A program made the translations under genes and the position numbers. A DNA stretch of 64,000 bases, taken from contig CAWALK010000022.1 in assembly GCA_963782915.1 (NCBI GenBank), forward strand, positions 192,001 to 256,000, in the 5' to 3' direction. The notes beneath the pieces were generated by a model. It was not told where the DNA came from. It did not search any database and worked only from the letters and a program-made list of their open reading frames with translations. Source of the stretch: an uncultured archaeon. Its GTDB lineage: Archaea > Thermoproteota > Bathyarchaeia > Bathyarchaeales > Bathycorpusculaceae. Of this stretch, positions 40,563-52,666 are shown in pieces. Numbering within the stretch: the stretch's first letter is position 1; each line of letters starts with the position of its first letter.

Positions 40563-40872
40563 GTATAGAAAAAATAAACAAACCGCAAATTTGAATTAAT
40601 GACATAAAGCACCGATTTTTTTAGTTGTCAGACTCTCTAAGCATGGCAAGCAATGCTACCATATCTCTTTGGCAGTTGTTGACATAAGTTGTTGATAGTA
40701 TCAACCCGCTTAGAGAAACATAGACAAAGCGAAATTTGAACCAATGACACAAACACCATTTTTTTACTTGTCAATAACGGCAGAAAACGCTAAATGGTGT
40801 TCCAAAGCGGATGTATTAGTAATAGAAATGAAAGCGGTTGACTGCCTTGAAGCAATCAAAAAATCTAACAAG

Positions 40873-41367
40873 TTATTGCTTGTCGTATTTCATGACTTCA
40901 TTATTCATTATAGTAAGCTCAATGCCCGCTTGCTTGAACATCTCAATCGTATCCACGTCAGCATGGTAACGTTTCTCGCAGACCACCCGTTTAATGCCAG
41001 CGTTAATTATCATCATAGCGCATGTGCGGCATGGCGTCATCTTACAGAATAATGTTGCACCCTCAAGCGGAATCCCAAATCTCGCCGCCTGAAGAATCGC
41101 GTTCTGCTCCGCATGCAAAGTCCGCACACAATGCTGGCTAATTTCGCCGTTACCGTTGGTTACTTGGCGAATATCATGTCCCGCTTCGTCACAATGGGGC
41201 AACCCAGCCGGGGAACCCACATAGCCCGTGGTCATGATGCGTTTGTCTTTCACGATGACTGCGCCGCATTTTCCTCGGTCACAGGTTGCACGTGCAGCTA
41301 CAGCTTCACACATGTCCAAGAAGTATCGGTCCCAGTTGGGTCTTTGTTTGTTATTGTTAGTTGCCAT
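40873..41367 (-). CDS. dCMP deaminase family protein
   Basis: RPNWDRYF, RATC, HAEQNAI, PCRTC. Confidence 0.94.
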   Translation of the reverse strand: MATNNNKQRPNWDRYFLDMCEAVAARATCDRGKCGAVIVKDKRIMTTGYVGSPAGLPHCDEAGHDIRQVTNGNGEISQHCVRTLHAEQNAILQAARFGIPLEGATLFCKMTPCRTCAMMIINAGIKRVVCEKRYHADVDTIEMFKQAGIELTIMNNEVMKYDKQ

Positions 41368-41435
41368 TCGGATGCCTCGATGAATTAGAAAACAGTTTGC
41401 CAAACCGATTAATAAATTGTATCGGCTAGGCGCCG

Positions 41436-42734
41436 CTACTTTTGGAGTATGTGGATTTCTCTGCCGATTTTGTGTCGTTCATCCATCTCGACTAATGACG
41501 GTGCTCCCATGAGGCGTCCATGTTCTGGCGCATCTTGGTTGAACATGTCGTCGGTGAAGACGTAGACTCGTTTGAATCCGACTTCCTTGAGTTTTTCTTC
41601 GATTGGCATTGTTACGGCGTCTCGTGAGCGGGTGCGTATGTAGGGTGTCACCAGTACTAATCTGCCGTTGGGGCGTAGTACTTGGTAGGCTTCTTCGATG
41701 AAGCCGAAGAATAGTGGTTCAAGTTTGGTGATGATTTTCTGTGCGTATGGGCCAGTGGGTGTTTCTCTTAATGCGGGGCCTAAGTCTGGTTCGGATACCA
41801 TGCAATCGACGCTTTCAAGTCCAACTTTCTCAGCTAACTTGCTAACGTCGCCCTGCAAAACACGGAAATCGGCGCCTGAAAGATTGTATTCCTGCGCTAC
41901 CCAATCAAGATTTTCAGTGGCTGCTTTAACACACCATGGATTAACATCTACTCCTACAACCATTGCGTGTTCTAGGAGGGCTTCTTGGAGGATTGTGCCG
42001 ACGCCGCAGAATGAATCCAGCAGGGTCTTTTCGGATGTGCATGCGGAGAGGTTAACCATCATTCTTGCAAGGCGTGGTGGCATGCCAAAGATGGCGCGTT
42101 GATTGGGTTTGTAAATGTCTCGTTTTTGGAATTCAAACGGATTATGTACTGCTATTGTGATGCCGATCCAAGTTTCTGTTTTGCCCACGCATAGAAGTAC
42201 TTCAGCTTGGTTTTCAACTAACTCTTTCTTTAGGACTTCTACGTGGCTTAGTTGGGCTTCGCTTCTATCCATTCCCATGCCCATGAAGCTGGATTTTTTG
42301 CCAACCGCAGATAGTTCTTCTTTGATGGCGCTGCCGATGTAGCGTTGTATGCCTCCTCCGACCGTTTTTATGGAGTTGTCAGAGGTGTAGACGCTTATGC
42401 CAAAAAGCAGCTTATCCGTAGCTTTTGCCATGCCTTGTAATGCGCCGCTTGAAGTTAGGGCTTCTATTACTTGTTTTTGGGCTGGCTTCTTTTTCTTCAG
42501 GAAGGCTTCTTTTACTGTTTCTGTGGATACTTTGGTTTTTAATTCGGCGATTTTTATGGTTCCGCCCAAATCGTCGATTACTGCTGAGGTTAGGTCTTTT
42601 TCGAATGTTAGGGTGAAGAATTCGGTTGAGAAATAATCGATTTTAAAGTCTATAGCTCTTGCTTTGAAGTATGATGTGAGCTCCGCTAGTGAGAGCATCC
42701 AGTTTTTGCCGGAAACAAACAGATAGGTTTTCAT
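41436..42734 (-). CDS. Trm11-like tRNA methyltransferase
   Basis: MPPRLARMMVNL, LDSFCGVGTIL.EA, SEPDLG. Confidence 0.85.
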   Translation of the reverse strand: MKTYLFVSGKNWMLSLAELTSYFKARAIDFKIDYFSTEFFTLTFEKDLTSAVIDDLGGTIKIAELKTKVSTETVKEAFLKKKKPAQKQVIEALTSSGALQGMAKATDKLLFGISVYTSDNSIKTVGGGIQRYIGSAIKEELSAVGKKSSFMGMGMDRSEAQLSHVEVLKKELVENQAEVLLCVGKTETWIGITIAVHNPFEFQKRDIYKPNQRAIFGMPPRLARMMVNLSACTSEKTLLDSFCGVGTILQEALLEHAMVVGVDVNPWCVKAATENLDWVAQEYNLSGADFRVLQGDVSKLAEKVGLESVDCMVSEPDLGPALRETPTGPYAQKIITKLEPLFFGFIEEAYQVLRPNGRLVLVTPYIRTRSRDAVTMPIEEKLKEVGFKRVYVFTDDMFNQDAPEHGRLMGAPSLVEMDERHKIGREIHILQK

Positions 42735-42907
42735 TTGCGGAATCAAAAGTAAACTACCTATATAAGTAGATGAGCGGCAAATGCTACATTTAACCACTTT
42801 AAGTAAATAGTTAGAAACCTAGAAACGCACGGTAGCATCATCGAATATTTACAAATCGTTTAAATATAGCTGAACGTGAGAGTATGCTACCGAAAAAGTG
42901 ACGTCGC

Positions 42908-43450
42908 ATGCATGCAAAAAATTATAGACACGTAAAGAACCGGGCATACACCAGAAAAGAGTACGCTAGAGGTTTTCCACCACCAAAAATTGTTAAATTC
43001 ACCATGGGCGACACTAAGGGTGAATTTCAGATTGAAGGACAACTTCTTGCTGGTGAGCGAGCTCAAATTCGCCATTGTGCCTTAGAAGCAGCACGTGTAG
43101 CTACTAACCGTATCTTAATGGACAAAGTAATCAACGATTACCTAATGGTTGTTCATCCATATCCGCACGTTATCCTAAGAGAAAACAAGATGATCTTCGG
43201 TGCGCACGCAGACCGACTTCAACAGGGAATGAGACGCTCCTTTGGAGCAGCAGTCGGTACAGCAGCAAAAGTTGAAGTCAACCAACCAATCATGACTGTC
43301 AAAGTAAAAGCTGGTCAAGAAGCATTAGCCAGAGAATCATTGAAACGTGGCAGCGCAAAACTCCCAATACCTTGCAAGATAGTTATCTCCAAGATACAAG
43401 CTTCCCCAGTAGAACCTGAGCAAGCTGAACCGGAGACGGAGACTGCTTGA
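42908..43450 (+). CDS. rpl10e: 50S ribosomal protein L10e (uL16)
   Basis: YTRKEY, ALEAAR, LRENKM..GAHADRLQQGMR. Confidence 0.97.
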   Translation: MHAKNYRHVKNRAYTRKEYARGFPPPKIVKFTMGDTKGEFQIEGQLLAGERAQIRHCALEAARVATNRILMDKVINDYLMVVHPYPHVILRENKMIFGAHADRLQQGMRRSFGAAVGTAAKVEVNQPIMTVKVKAGQEALARESLKRGSAKLPIPCKIVISKIQASPVEPEQAEPETETA

Positions 43451-45875
43451 GCGCCAGAAACAACGAGCTTGTTTTATGGTTTGATGTTTTAAGAAATACT
43501 GATGTATCCATTGTCGGCGGCAAAAACGCCAGCCTCGGCGAAATGATTCACGCTGGGCTCCCAGTTCCTTTTGGTTTTGCAGTATCCGCCCATTCCTATG
43601 AACGCTACATTGTAGAGAAGAAACTAAGCGAACAAATCTACAAGATTATTTCTGAAACAGTCACTAACCCAAACGATCCTAAACAGTACGATACCGCATC
43701 GAAGCTTATCCGTGAAGTCATGGAAAAAACTCCGATGCCCCAAGACATCGAAACTGCCATAAGGAAAGCTTATGCTGAATTAAACAAACGATTTGCATTA
43801 AAAGACACCTTTGTCGCTGTACGCTCAAGCGCCACAGCCGAAGACCTCCCAGATGCATCGTTTGCAGGACAACAAGAAACTTATCTAAACGTAAAAGGCG
43901 CAGATGACTTAATCAATAAAGTTATCAAATGCTGGAGCAGCCTCTTCACACCAAGAGCCATCTTCTACAGAAACGAAAAAGGCTTCCCACACGAAAAAGT
44001 CTTCATCAGCGTCGGCGTACAAAAAATGGTTAACAGCCGAGCCGCAGGTGTAATGTTCACCATTAACCCAGTCACCGGAAACCGCGATGAAATAGTCATC
44101 GAAGGTAACTTTGGCTTAGGCGAAACCGTTGTTTCAGGCGCAGTGAACCCTGACGACTTCGTCGTTGACAAACTCAACAATACCATCAAAGAAAGACGCA
44201 TCTCCCGCAAAACAGTCAAGTACATCCGCGACCCCAAAACAGGCAAAACCATCCACCTCGACATCCCAGAAGCCGAACAAAAACTCATCTGTGTAACAGA
44301 TACAGAAATAATGAAACTAACCGAACTAGCCAAACGCATCGAAAAACACTACGGCAAACCCATGGACATCGAATGGGCAATCGACCAAGATCTTGCTTTC
44401 CCAGAAAACATGATGCTAGTTCAAGCTCGCCCAGAAACGATCTTCGGAACCAAAAACCTGGAAGGAACAAAAATGGATGAAACAAAAGGTCAAGAAGCAC
44501 TCAAAATCGTTGTTAGAGGAATCTCCGCAGGTAGAAGAGGATACGGTGTAGGCAAAGCAGTTATTGTCCTAAACCCTGATGATGCCCACAAAGGCATGCA
44601 TAAAGGCGACATCCTTGTCACACCAATGACTGACCCTGACTTCGTTCCATTCATGAAGATGGCATCTGCCATAGTCACTGACAAAGGCGGAATCACCAGC
44701 CACGCAGCCATCGTCAGCCGAGAACTAAACATCCCATGCGTCGTCGGCACAGAAACCGCAACACAAACAATGCAAACAGGCACAGAATACACCGTTGACT
44801 CAAGAAACGGCATAATCTACGAAGGCGTCATGGCAGAAGCAGTAAAACCAATCGCAAGCAACGACGGCGGCAAAGTCATCCAAGCAGAATCCGCGCCAGT
44901 TACAGCTACAAAAATTTACATGAACCTCGGAACACCCGAGATGATCGAGCAATACAAGAACCTACCCTTCGAAGGCATAGGCTTGATGCGCACCGAATTC
45001 ATTTTGGCAAGCGCAATCGGTCAACACCCAATGCTATTCATCGAGAATGGTGAAGGCCAAAAATTCGTTGACAAACTTGCAGACGGCGTCGCAACCGTTG
45101 CACGGGCAATCCAGCCAAAACCAGTCGTAGTCCGCTTAAGCGACTTCAAAACCAACGAATACCGCGGACTCAAAGGCGGCGAAAAATTCGAAATCAACGA
45201 AGAAAACCCAATGCTGGGCTGGAGAGGATGCAGCCGCTACATAAGCAAATGGTACATCCAAGCCTTCCGACTCGAATGCCAAGCAATCAAAAAATGCCGC
45301 AGTGAATGGGGCCTCAAAAACGTCTACGTCATGCTACCCATGGTCAGAACACTCTGGGAAGCAAAACAAGTCCTTAGCCAATCATGAAAGAAGAAGGCTT
45401 AGAACGCAGCAAAGACTTCAAAGTCTGGTTCATGGCAGAAACACCCTCAATCGCAATCATGGCAGACGAATTCAGCAAACTCGTCGACGGATTCAGCATC
45501 GGCTCAAACGACATGACCCAAGGAGTACTCATGATCGACCGCGACAGCGAACGCCTCGGCCAAATGGGCTACTTCGACGAACGCGACCCAGCAGTCAAAC
45601 GCATCATCGCACACCTAATCAAAATCGCACACGAAAACGGCGTCACAGTAAGCATCTGCGGTGAAGGACCAAGCAACCTACCTGACTTCGCAGAATTCCT
45701 CGTCAGAGCAGGCATCGACAGCATCTCAGTCAACAACGACGCAGTCAGCACTACACGAAGAAACGTTGCCCAAGTAGAACAAAAAATCATACTCGAACGC
45801 CTCGCAGAACAAGCAGCCATCGCACGCGGACAACCACTCAAAAAGCCAACCCAAGATTGGGAATGGCCACACTAA
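43447..45875 (+). CDS. ppsA: phosphoenolpyruvate synthase (frameshift near 45380)
   Basis: [48 protein letters not shown]. Confidence 0.96.
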
Positions 45876-45938
45876 ACATCCCTAACTTTTAATTTTATCT
45901 TTTTGTCTTTCATTTCTTTGTGTGTTAGTGGATACCCC

Positions 45939-46944
45939 ATGTTAGGCTTCGATTTTGAGGAACAAAGAATCAAAGACGAAATCGCAAGGCTGGGCGCTAA
46001 GCGTGTGCTGCTCCAGATGCCCCAAGGACTAAAACCTGAAGCTACAAAAATCGCTCAAACCGTGGAGGCGTCGGGTGCAGTAGCGATTATCTCAGCGGAT
46101 CCCTGCTACGGCGCATGCGACATAGCCATAACTGAAGCGGAAGGGCTTGGATGTGGATTTGATTGTGCATTTCGGCCACGCAAAAATGGTTAAGCAAAGC
46201 AAAATTCCCGCGATCTACGTGGAAACCCACGCTAAAATAGAAATCGAGACGGCGATTCAGCAAGCCCTCCCACTCCTCGCTAACTTACAATAAAATCGGT
46301 TTAACAACCTCAATCCAGCACATAGAAGCACTAAACCAAGCAAAACAGCTCCTAGCCGACGCAGGCAAAACAGTCGAAATCGGCAACGCTGGCCAACTGC
46401 CCTATGCTGGGCAGGTTATTGGCTGCAACTATAGCAACGCCAAAACCATAGCCGACCAAGTTGACGCATTCCTATTCATCGGCGGCGGCATATTCCACGC
46501 GTTGGGCATCGCTTTGGGCACAGGCTAAACCAACTATCATCGCCGACCCTTATGACAATCGTGCCTACTCAATCACTGATGAAGCCCAAAAACTATTGAA
46601 ACAGCGTTATGCAAGCATAACAGAAGCAAAGCCCGCCAAAACCGTCGGGATCCTCGTCGGTTTAAAGCCAGGACAGAAACATCTGGACGATGCACTAAAA
46701 ACTAAAGCATTAGCAGAAAAAACGGGTCGATCCGCTTTTTTGTTGGCTGGCAGAGAAATCACCCCCGACGCCCTAATGGAGTTCCCCAATATCGGCGCTT
46801 ACGTCAACACAGCTTGCCCACGCATCTCACTTGGATGCGCCTGGAAAATTCCAAAAACCAATATTGACGGTTAACGAGTTTATGGTTGTCTGCGGAGAAA
46901 TCTCATGGACGGACATGCTCAAAAAAGGCTTATTCGAAAATTAG
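45939..46944 (+). CDS. dph2: diphthamide biosynthesis protein Dph2 (several frameshifts)
   Basis: LLQMPQGLK, DPCYGACD, GQVIGCN, KPGQ, NTACPRI. Confidence 0.92.
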
Positions 46945-47606
46945 ACCTCGAACTCTTCTTAGGTACGCTTGCTAAGCAGCCTAACCCGCAGGCTCAGCTT
47001 GAGCAGTACACGACTCCTGAAGGGATAGCCGCCAACATGCTCTACATAGCCGCTTACACACACGGCGACATTGTTGGGAAGTCTGTGCTGGATTTGGGTT
47101 GCGGCACAGGCAGGTTGGGTTTGGGCGCGGCTTGTCTGGGTGCAAAAGAGGTTGTGGGCATTGACATTGACCCAATCGCTATCAAGACAGCCCGCCAAAA
47201 TGCGGATAAAGCCGATTTGGCTGACAAGGTGCAGTGGGTTAACGGTGACATCGCAGCCATCACTGGGCATTTTGATACGGTTCTGCAGAATCCGCCCTTT
47301 GGGGTCCAAACACGCGAAGCCGACCGAGCTTTTTTGGTAAAAGCCCTCGAAGCAGCAGACTCAATTTATTCGCTGCATAATCACCCCGAAGTAGACGAAC
47401 GCCTCATAAAAATGCTCAAATCCAGCCAGGATTTCATGCAGGTGCAGCCTTCACCGTTCCTTGAACGCTTCATCAACAAACACGGCGGCACAGTCACAGC
47501 CGTTTATGCAATGCTTATGACTATACCCAAAATGTTCGATTTCCACACCAAACTAAAACATGACTTCGTCATCGACTTATACGTCATCCAAAAGCAGCCC
47601 CAATGA
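46905..47606 (+). CDS. METTL5-like (COG2263) RNA methyltransferase
   Basis: LEQYTTP, DLGCGTGRL, QNPPFG, ADRAFL. Confidence 0.92.
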   Translation: MDGHAQKRLIRKLDLELFLGTLAKQPNPQAQLEQYTTPEGIAANMLYIAAYTHGDIVGKSVLDLGCGTGRLGLGAACLGAKEVVGIDIDPIAIKTARQNADKADLADKVQWVNGDIAAITGHFDTVLQNPPFGVQTREADRAFLVKALEAADSIYSLHNHPEVDERLIKMLKSSQDFMQVQPSPFLERFINKHGGTVTAVYAMLMTIPKMFDFHTKLKHDFVIDLYVIQKQPQ

Positions 47607-47740
47607 ACCTAAACCTTGGTTGTTGGATGCAGGTCTATTTTTGTTTATTTAACAAAAGGTTTATTGAGCAGAATGGAAACTAAGCATATGCGCTTATCTA
47701 ATTCACGCTTATAATTTACATAACAAAAAGATGAAAATAT

Positions 47741-48322
47741 ATGACTCTAAAAGCTCCTGAACAAAAAAGCGGTCACTTAGTAATGCCCGGCGAACGCCTC
47801 GGCGTTATCGAAGAGTTCATTCCTGACTCAGGAACATACGTTAAAGACGGCGTTATCTTCTCAAAAATAATCGGACGCTCACTTGTTGACTTGCAGAATC
47901 GGCGCGTATCAGTTTATCCAGTAATCGAAGGCGCAGTCTACCCAAAAGTCGGCACCGTAGTCATCGGCCAAATCGGCAACGCCCAATCCGACAACGTACT
48001 GGTAAAAATCTTTAGAGTCGGCAAAAAGAAGCTATCCGGCAGCTTCGGCGGCATATTACATGTCTCTGATGTTTCCGACCGCTACGTCGACCAAATGAGT
48101 GACGTATGCAAACCCGGCGATATCGTCCGCGCAAAAGTCATCAGCGAAAAGAACAAAGTCTTCCACCTATCAACTAACGATAAAAACTTGGGCATCATGT
48201 ATGCTTTCTGCTCAAGAGACGGCACCCTGCTAAATCAAGAGGGTTACGACTTAAAATGCCCCAAATGCGGAAACCTTGAACACCGCAAGACATCTCCAGA
48301 TTACGGCAAAGACCCATTATAG
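47741..48322 (+). CDS. csl4: exosome subunit Csl4
   Basis: V.PGERLGVIEEF, S1 PGDIVRAKV, Zn ribbon CPKCG..E.RK. Confidence 0.94.
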   Translation: MTLKAPEQKSGHLVMPGERLGVIEEFIPDSGTYVKDGVIFSKIIGRSLVDLQNRRVSVYPVIEGAVYPKVGTVVIGQIGNAQSDNVLVKIFRVGKKKLSGSFGGILHVSDVSDRYVDQMSDVCKPGDIVRAKVISEKNKVFHLSTNDKNLGIMYAFCSRDGTLLNQEGYDLKCPKCGNLEHRKTSPDYGKDPL

Positions 48323-48337
48323 AGAGAGGAATAAGCA

Positions 48338-48619
48338 ATGAAAGTTAAAGTACTAAAAAGACAAGATAACGAGCTTAAAATCGAAATCGAAGGCTCCAGC
48401 CATGGCCTCTGCAACTTGCTGGCAAAACGTCTCTTAGAAGATAAAACCGTTGATTTCGCAGGCTACGATTTGCCACATCCACTAGCAGCTAGCCCAGTCA
48501 TCTACATTAAGATGAAGGGAAAAGCCAAGGCTGAGGATGCTTTAATTGAAGCGGTTTCGAAGATTCGTGAAGCTAACGATGCTTTCGGTAAAGAGCTCGA
48601 AAACGTTCTAAAAGTCTAA
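48338..48619 (+). CDS. rpoL: RNA polymerase subunit Rpo11 (L)
   Basis: EIEG.SH.LCNLL, FAGY..PHPL. Confidence 0.94.
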   Translation: MKVKVLKRQDNELKIEIEGSSHGLCNLLAKRLLEDKTVDFAGYDLPHPLAASPVIYIKMKGKAKAEDALIEAVSKIREANDAFGKELENVLKV

Positions 48620-48696
48620 ATTTTTTATTTTTATTTCTTCTTTGTTGTATAATCATTTTAACATAATTCCGCTTATTACTTCTGTGAGTTGACTCT

Positions 48697-49279
48697 TTGA
48701 GCAACGCAAAGGCTTTCCGAATTATAAAACAAGAAATCAGAGTTCTAGGCATAGACGACGGCAAATTCATCCCCCACACAAAAGGCGACGCATTGATTGT
48801 AGGCGTTGTTTTCAGGGGAGGCTGCTCCATAGACGGCGTTATGCACACAAAAGTATCCATTGACGGTTTAGATGCCACCCAGAAACTGGCTGACATGATT
48901 AATGGTTCGCCGCATCGCCATCAACTGCGCTTAGTAATGCTCAACGGCGTTACCCTTGCCGGCTTCAACATAGTTGACATAAACAAATTATCCTGCCCTC
49001 ACGGGATTGCCCGTTCTAGCCTTAACCAATGTGAAGCCCGATTTAGATTCAATCCATGAAGCCCTCAAACATTTACCTGATACAGAAGAGCGGTGGCAAC
49101 TCATCCTAAACGCCGGCGAAATCCATGAAGTAACAAACAAGGGCGTTAAGCTCTACATGGGGTTAGCCGGAATCACTTTGGCTGATGCAAAAACTGTATT
49201 GGATTTAACTTCTACAAGGGGCAGCTATCCTGAGCCGCTACGGGTTGCTCATCTTATCGCTTCAGGAATAACACCTTGA
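48697..49279 (+). CDS. DUF99 / endonuclease V-like protein (frameshift)
   Basis: RVLGIDDG, DGLDAT, GVTLAGFNIVD, PEPLRVAHLIAS. Confidence 0.9.
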
Positions 49280-49352
49280 TAGTTTGGAAATTAGAAAAAG
49301 TATAAAAGTGACAACGCTAAGGAAATCCCCCAAAGGGACAGTGTGACGACAT

Positions 49353-49706
49353 ATGGAATTTTGCCCTAAATGCGGTTCCCGTCTTGAACCAAAGAAATCC
49401 AAGAGCGGTAAAGAAGCAACTTTAGTTTTAGCCTGCCCCAAATGCGGCTACAAAAAACCTGAAGCAGGCGACGTTGAGCAGAAGGTAGCTCCTAAAGTTA
49501 TTCAGCACAGCCCCCAACAATTCGTAGCGGTAATCGGCAAAGAAGAACAGAAACTAAACACATTGCCAACAGCACGAGTTGAATGCCCAAAATGCGGCAA
49601 CAACCAAGCTTACGTGTGGCAAGTGCAAACCCGCGGTGCTGATGAATCTTCAACGCAGTTTATGCGTTGCACCAAATGCAGTTACACGTTTAGAGAATAC
49701 AGCTAA
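49353..49706 (+). CDS. tfs: transcription elongation factor TFS
   Basis: Two Zn ribbons; QTRGADE acidic hairpin. Confidence 0.94.
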   Translation: MEFCPKCGSRLEPKKSKSGKEATLVLACPKCGYKKPEAGDVEQKVAPKVIQHSPQQFVAVIGKEEQKLNTLPTARVECPKCGNNQAYVWQVQTRGADESSTQFMRCTKCSYTFREYS

Positions 49707-49791
49707 ACACCCAATTCTTCTTTATACTTTTATTTTTCATTGAAGTCGGCGTTTTAGGCGCATGGTTTTTTAAATCGCCACAACTTGTGTT

Positions 49792-50850
49792 ATGACTGTG
49801 TTCGGTACAAAAAACGAGGCTGCCCCTGAGAAAACCACTCGGTACACAGGTTTTTTACTTAAGGTTCTGCCGCTTGTTGCATTTGCTATTCCATTGGCAC
49901 TGCTCTATCTATTCAACCCGATGGATACTTACCTGAATGTTTCGGCACAGCAATCTTTCGAACTCATGTGGAAGGGCCGAACATTCCAGCTATTCTTTAT
50001 TTGGCTTATAGCGTTGGAATTTATTCTTGGCTGGGAAACAATCACATCAAAAATTAACCTCCAAAACAAACCAAGACTCGCCGCCTATGCCGTTGCTCTG
50101 CTGCTTCCGGCGTTGTATTTACTTCTGGAATTTTCAGGTTTAAACGGTGCCATCGCCGGTTGGTCACAGCAGAGTGGAGTTGCCTTTGCTGCTTCTATGC
50201 CCCTTGCCATCGAATACCTCATCTTTTCCGCAATCTTCCTCTTAACAGCGTTTGTCTCATTTGGCAAAAAGGGATTAACAGATTTCATTTTGCCAGCCCT
50301 ATTCCTAGCCATAGTGGGTTTACTCTATACCATCGATAACGTGTTCCCATACGGTGAGTTCACGCCGTTTCAGCTGCTTGTTCCCACAACAGCTTCATTA
50401 GCTGCTGGCGTGCTAAACTTGATGGGTTACACAACAATCCCCGGTGTCGAGGCTGCAACAGGGATGCCTACACTTGACGTTTCAGGCCACTTAGGAACCG
50501 CAACCTTTGCCATCGCATGGCCCTGCGCCGGCATAGAAAGCTTACTCATTTTTACAGCGGTTGCACTGCTGTTTCTAAAACGGATGAATATTTCTTGGAA
50601 AGCAAAATTGGGTTTCTTCGCCATCGGAGCCGGAGTCACCTACTTCATAAATGTCCTGCGAATAGCAACCATATTCACAATCGGCGTCCAATACGGCGCA
50701 TACTCAGAACAAGTTAACCAATTCCACTACTACTATGGACCCCTCTATGCGATGGCTTGGATAGTTTTCTATCCACTACTCATTATGGTCAGCATGTTTG
50801 CGTGGCGAAAAATCAGGAAACCTCAATCAGCACCGCTAAACCCTGCTTAA
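49792..50850 (+). CDS. archaeosortase/exosortase family protein
   Basis: Multi-TM; catalytic PCAGIES, INVLRI, FH motifs. Confidence 0.88.
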   Translation: MTVFGTKNEAAPEKTTRYTGFLLKVLPLVAFAIPLALLYLFNPMDTYLNVSAQQSFELMWKGRTFQLFFIWLIALEFILGWETITSKINLQNKPRLAAYAVALLLPALYLLLEFSGLNGAIAGWSQQSGVAFAASMPLAIEYLIFSAIFLLTAFVSFGKKGLTDFILPALFLAIVGLLYTIDNVFPYGEFTPFQLLVPTTASLAAGVLNLMGYTTIPGVEAATGMPTLDVSGHLGTATFAIAWPCAGIESLLIFTAVALLFLKRMNISWKAKLGFFAIGAGVTYFINVLRIATIFTIGVQYGAYSEQVNQFHYYYGPLYAMAWIVFYPLLIMVSMFAWRKIRKPQSAPLNPA

Positions 50851-51431
50851 CCAAAATCTGTGCATTCAACGCAGGCAGCGATGCCACATCGTCAGCGGCG
50901 AAGGGACCATACGATTTCATGTCTGCACCCATTATGGCTGGAATGTTCTTTGTGAACCGCAGCGTCAATCGTTTATGTGTTACGTGGACTTGGGGTTTGA
51001 TTTCTGTTTTTGGCACTTCATTTGTTTGAGTTGGGGTGACTGATTGGATTATAGTTACTGTGATTGGTGTCTGTTGTCCTTCCATGAGGTTACTTGGCAA
51101 ACTGTTCGTAAGCATGCTCAAAACCAACAAAGCTCTCCGCCATCTTGGATTCTTCAGTGGTTAACAATTCGATGGGTGCCTTGTGAAGTCGAGTGATTGT
51201 TTTGAGGATTTTTCTGTAGCGCATATCGAGCAGTTCTTTTAGCATCCGCTCGACATTGCGGGCTTCATGCTCAAGCAAGTTGATTTTAACCGATTTTTTA
51301 TCGATTGCCCCTTTGTCTTCTTTTATGTGGGCAAGGTACTCTGCGATTTTAATGTAGAAATCAGGCGCTAAACCGCCTAATGTGGGGTCATCTATTTCTC
51401 GGCGCCAAGCGGCATAAAGCTGGTCATACAT
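50813..51431 (-). CDS. GINS complex protein (Gins51-like), frameshifted
   Basis: L..L.PDFY, R.RKI, LT.EE; B domain IMGADMKSYGPF..DDVASLP..NA.IL. Confidence 0.9.
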
Positions 51432-52666
51432 TAAGGTGCCACCTCAGCTCTACGTTTGCAGATAAGCAAAACCGCTGCAGCAACTGGCAACTCTAGGGTT
51501 TGATTCTTGTATGGACCCAATGTTTCCCCACTCATCCGAAACTCAGGAGCGTCGGATACCAACACTCTCACTGTACCCTTTTTAAAAGCTACCGCTCCAG
51601 TGAAGGGATCGAAATCTTGCAGTTCCTTTGGTTTGAACTCCACTTTTTTGAGCCCTGTTTTACCATGCAGACTGCCATTCATGCGGATTAAACGGTGAAT
51701 GTCGGTGGTGACGACAGTGTCGATTTTAGCGGCTTGAGTTTCATGGATGTATTCGGCTAATTTAAGCCAGGTTTGGATGCTGACGCCTTTTATGCTCTCC
51801 CATTTTCCCTCTGCGATGGCACGTTTGATGATGGTGTCCTTGTTTTCGAAGAGTGCTTTATTATTTAAACCGACGGCTTTGAGGTCTTCTTTGCTGGCGT
51901 TTAACAGAAAATTCTGCATGCCCAATTTTAAGCGTCGGTTCCAGCCGTAATTATGTAAATTAAACTTCGATGCCCCGCCCTTGCGTTTTGCTTTCTTTTC
52001 TCGTTCTTCCTTATCCAACACTGCCAAGCCTAAGCCAGTAACGTAATCTACAATTTCTTTCCTAGCCATCGCATCAAGCGACCGCACAGCCTCATTTTCA
52101 ATATGCAAATGGTAGCCGCGGTGCCCAGAAAAGAATACTCGCAACTCGTTTTGGGAGAAACCAAAATCGTTTTCAAGCATATCTAATAGTTTGAAGACTT
52201 CTTGGCGGGTTGAATCGATGCATAAGTCGCAAGCCCAAATTTTGGTTTGGAACTTGGTGGTTTCACAGCAGGGGCATATTTCGGGGGTGATTCCTCTTCC
52301 TTCGAACCCGCATTTGACGCATCGGAATTCATCGTGTATTTTGTTGCATGTTGTGGGGATGTGGTCGGCGTCTATATCGAATACTATGTCGGAGCCGATC
52401 CAGCCTTTTTTGTCCATGTCTAAATCTGGGTTTTCGTAGTAGGCGCAGCTGTGGTAAACGTCTGAGGGTACGGTTTTGGCGAGTAATTCTCTGAAGTTGG
52501 CGATCTGTTCGAAGCGGCGGTGTCTGACCATAAATTTTTCTCTGAACGTGAGGTAGCCGAATTCTCTTTGGTGGGGCATGGGCGGCGCGGGGACAGCGTT
52601 GGCGGGGTCTTTGTAGAACTCGCTAAATTTTTGGTAAACGAATTCTCTAGAACCATCTGCACCCAT
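51431..52666 (-). CDS. priS: DNA primase small subunit
   Basis: REFG, VFDIDAD, FSGHRGYH, IDTVVTTDIHRLIR. Confidence 0.96.
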   Translation of the reverse strand: MGADGSREFVYQKFSEFYKDPANAVPAPPMPHQREFGYLTFREKFMVRHRRFEQIANFRELLAKTVPSDVYHSCAYYENPDLDMDKKGWIGSDIVFDIDADHIPTTCNKIHDEFRCVKCGFEGRGITPEICPCCETTKFQTKIWACDLCIDSTRQEVFKLLDMLENDFGFSQNELRVFFSGHRGYHLHIENEAVRSLDAMARKEIVDYVTGLGLAVLDKEEREKKAKRKGGASKFNLHNYGWNRRLKLGMQNFLLNASKEDLKAVGLNNKALFENKDTIIKRAIAEGKWESIKGVSIQTWLKLAEYIHETQAAKIDTVVTTDIHRLIRMNGSLHGKTGLKKVEFKPKELQDFDPFTGAVAFKKGTVRVLVSDAPEFRMSGETLGPYKNQTLELPVAAAVLLICKRRAEVAP

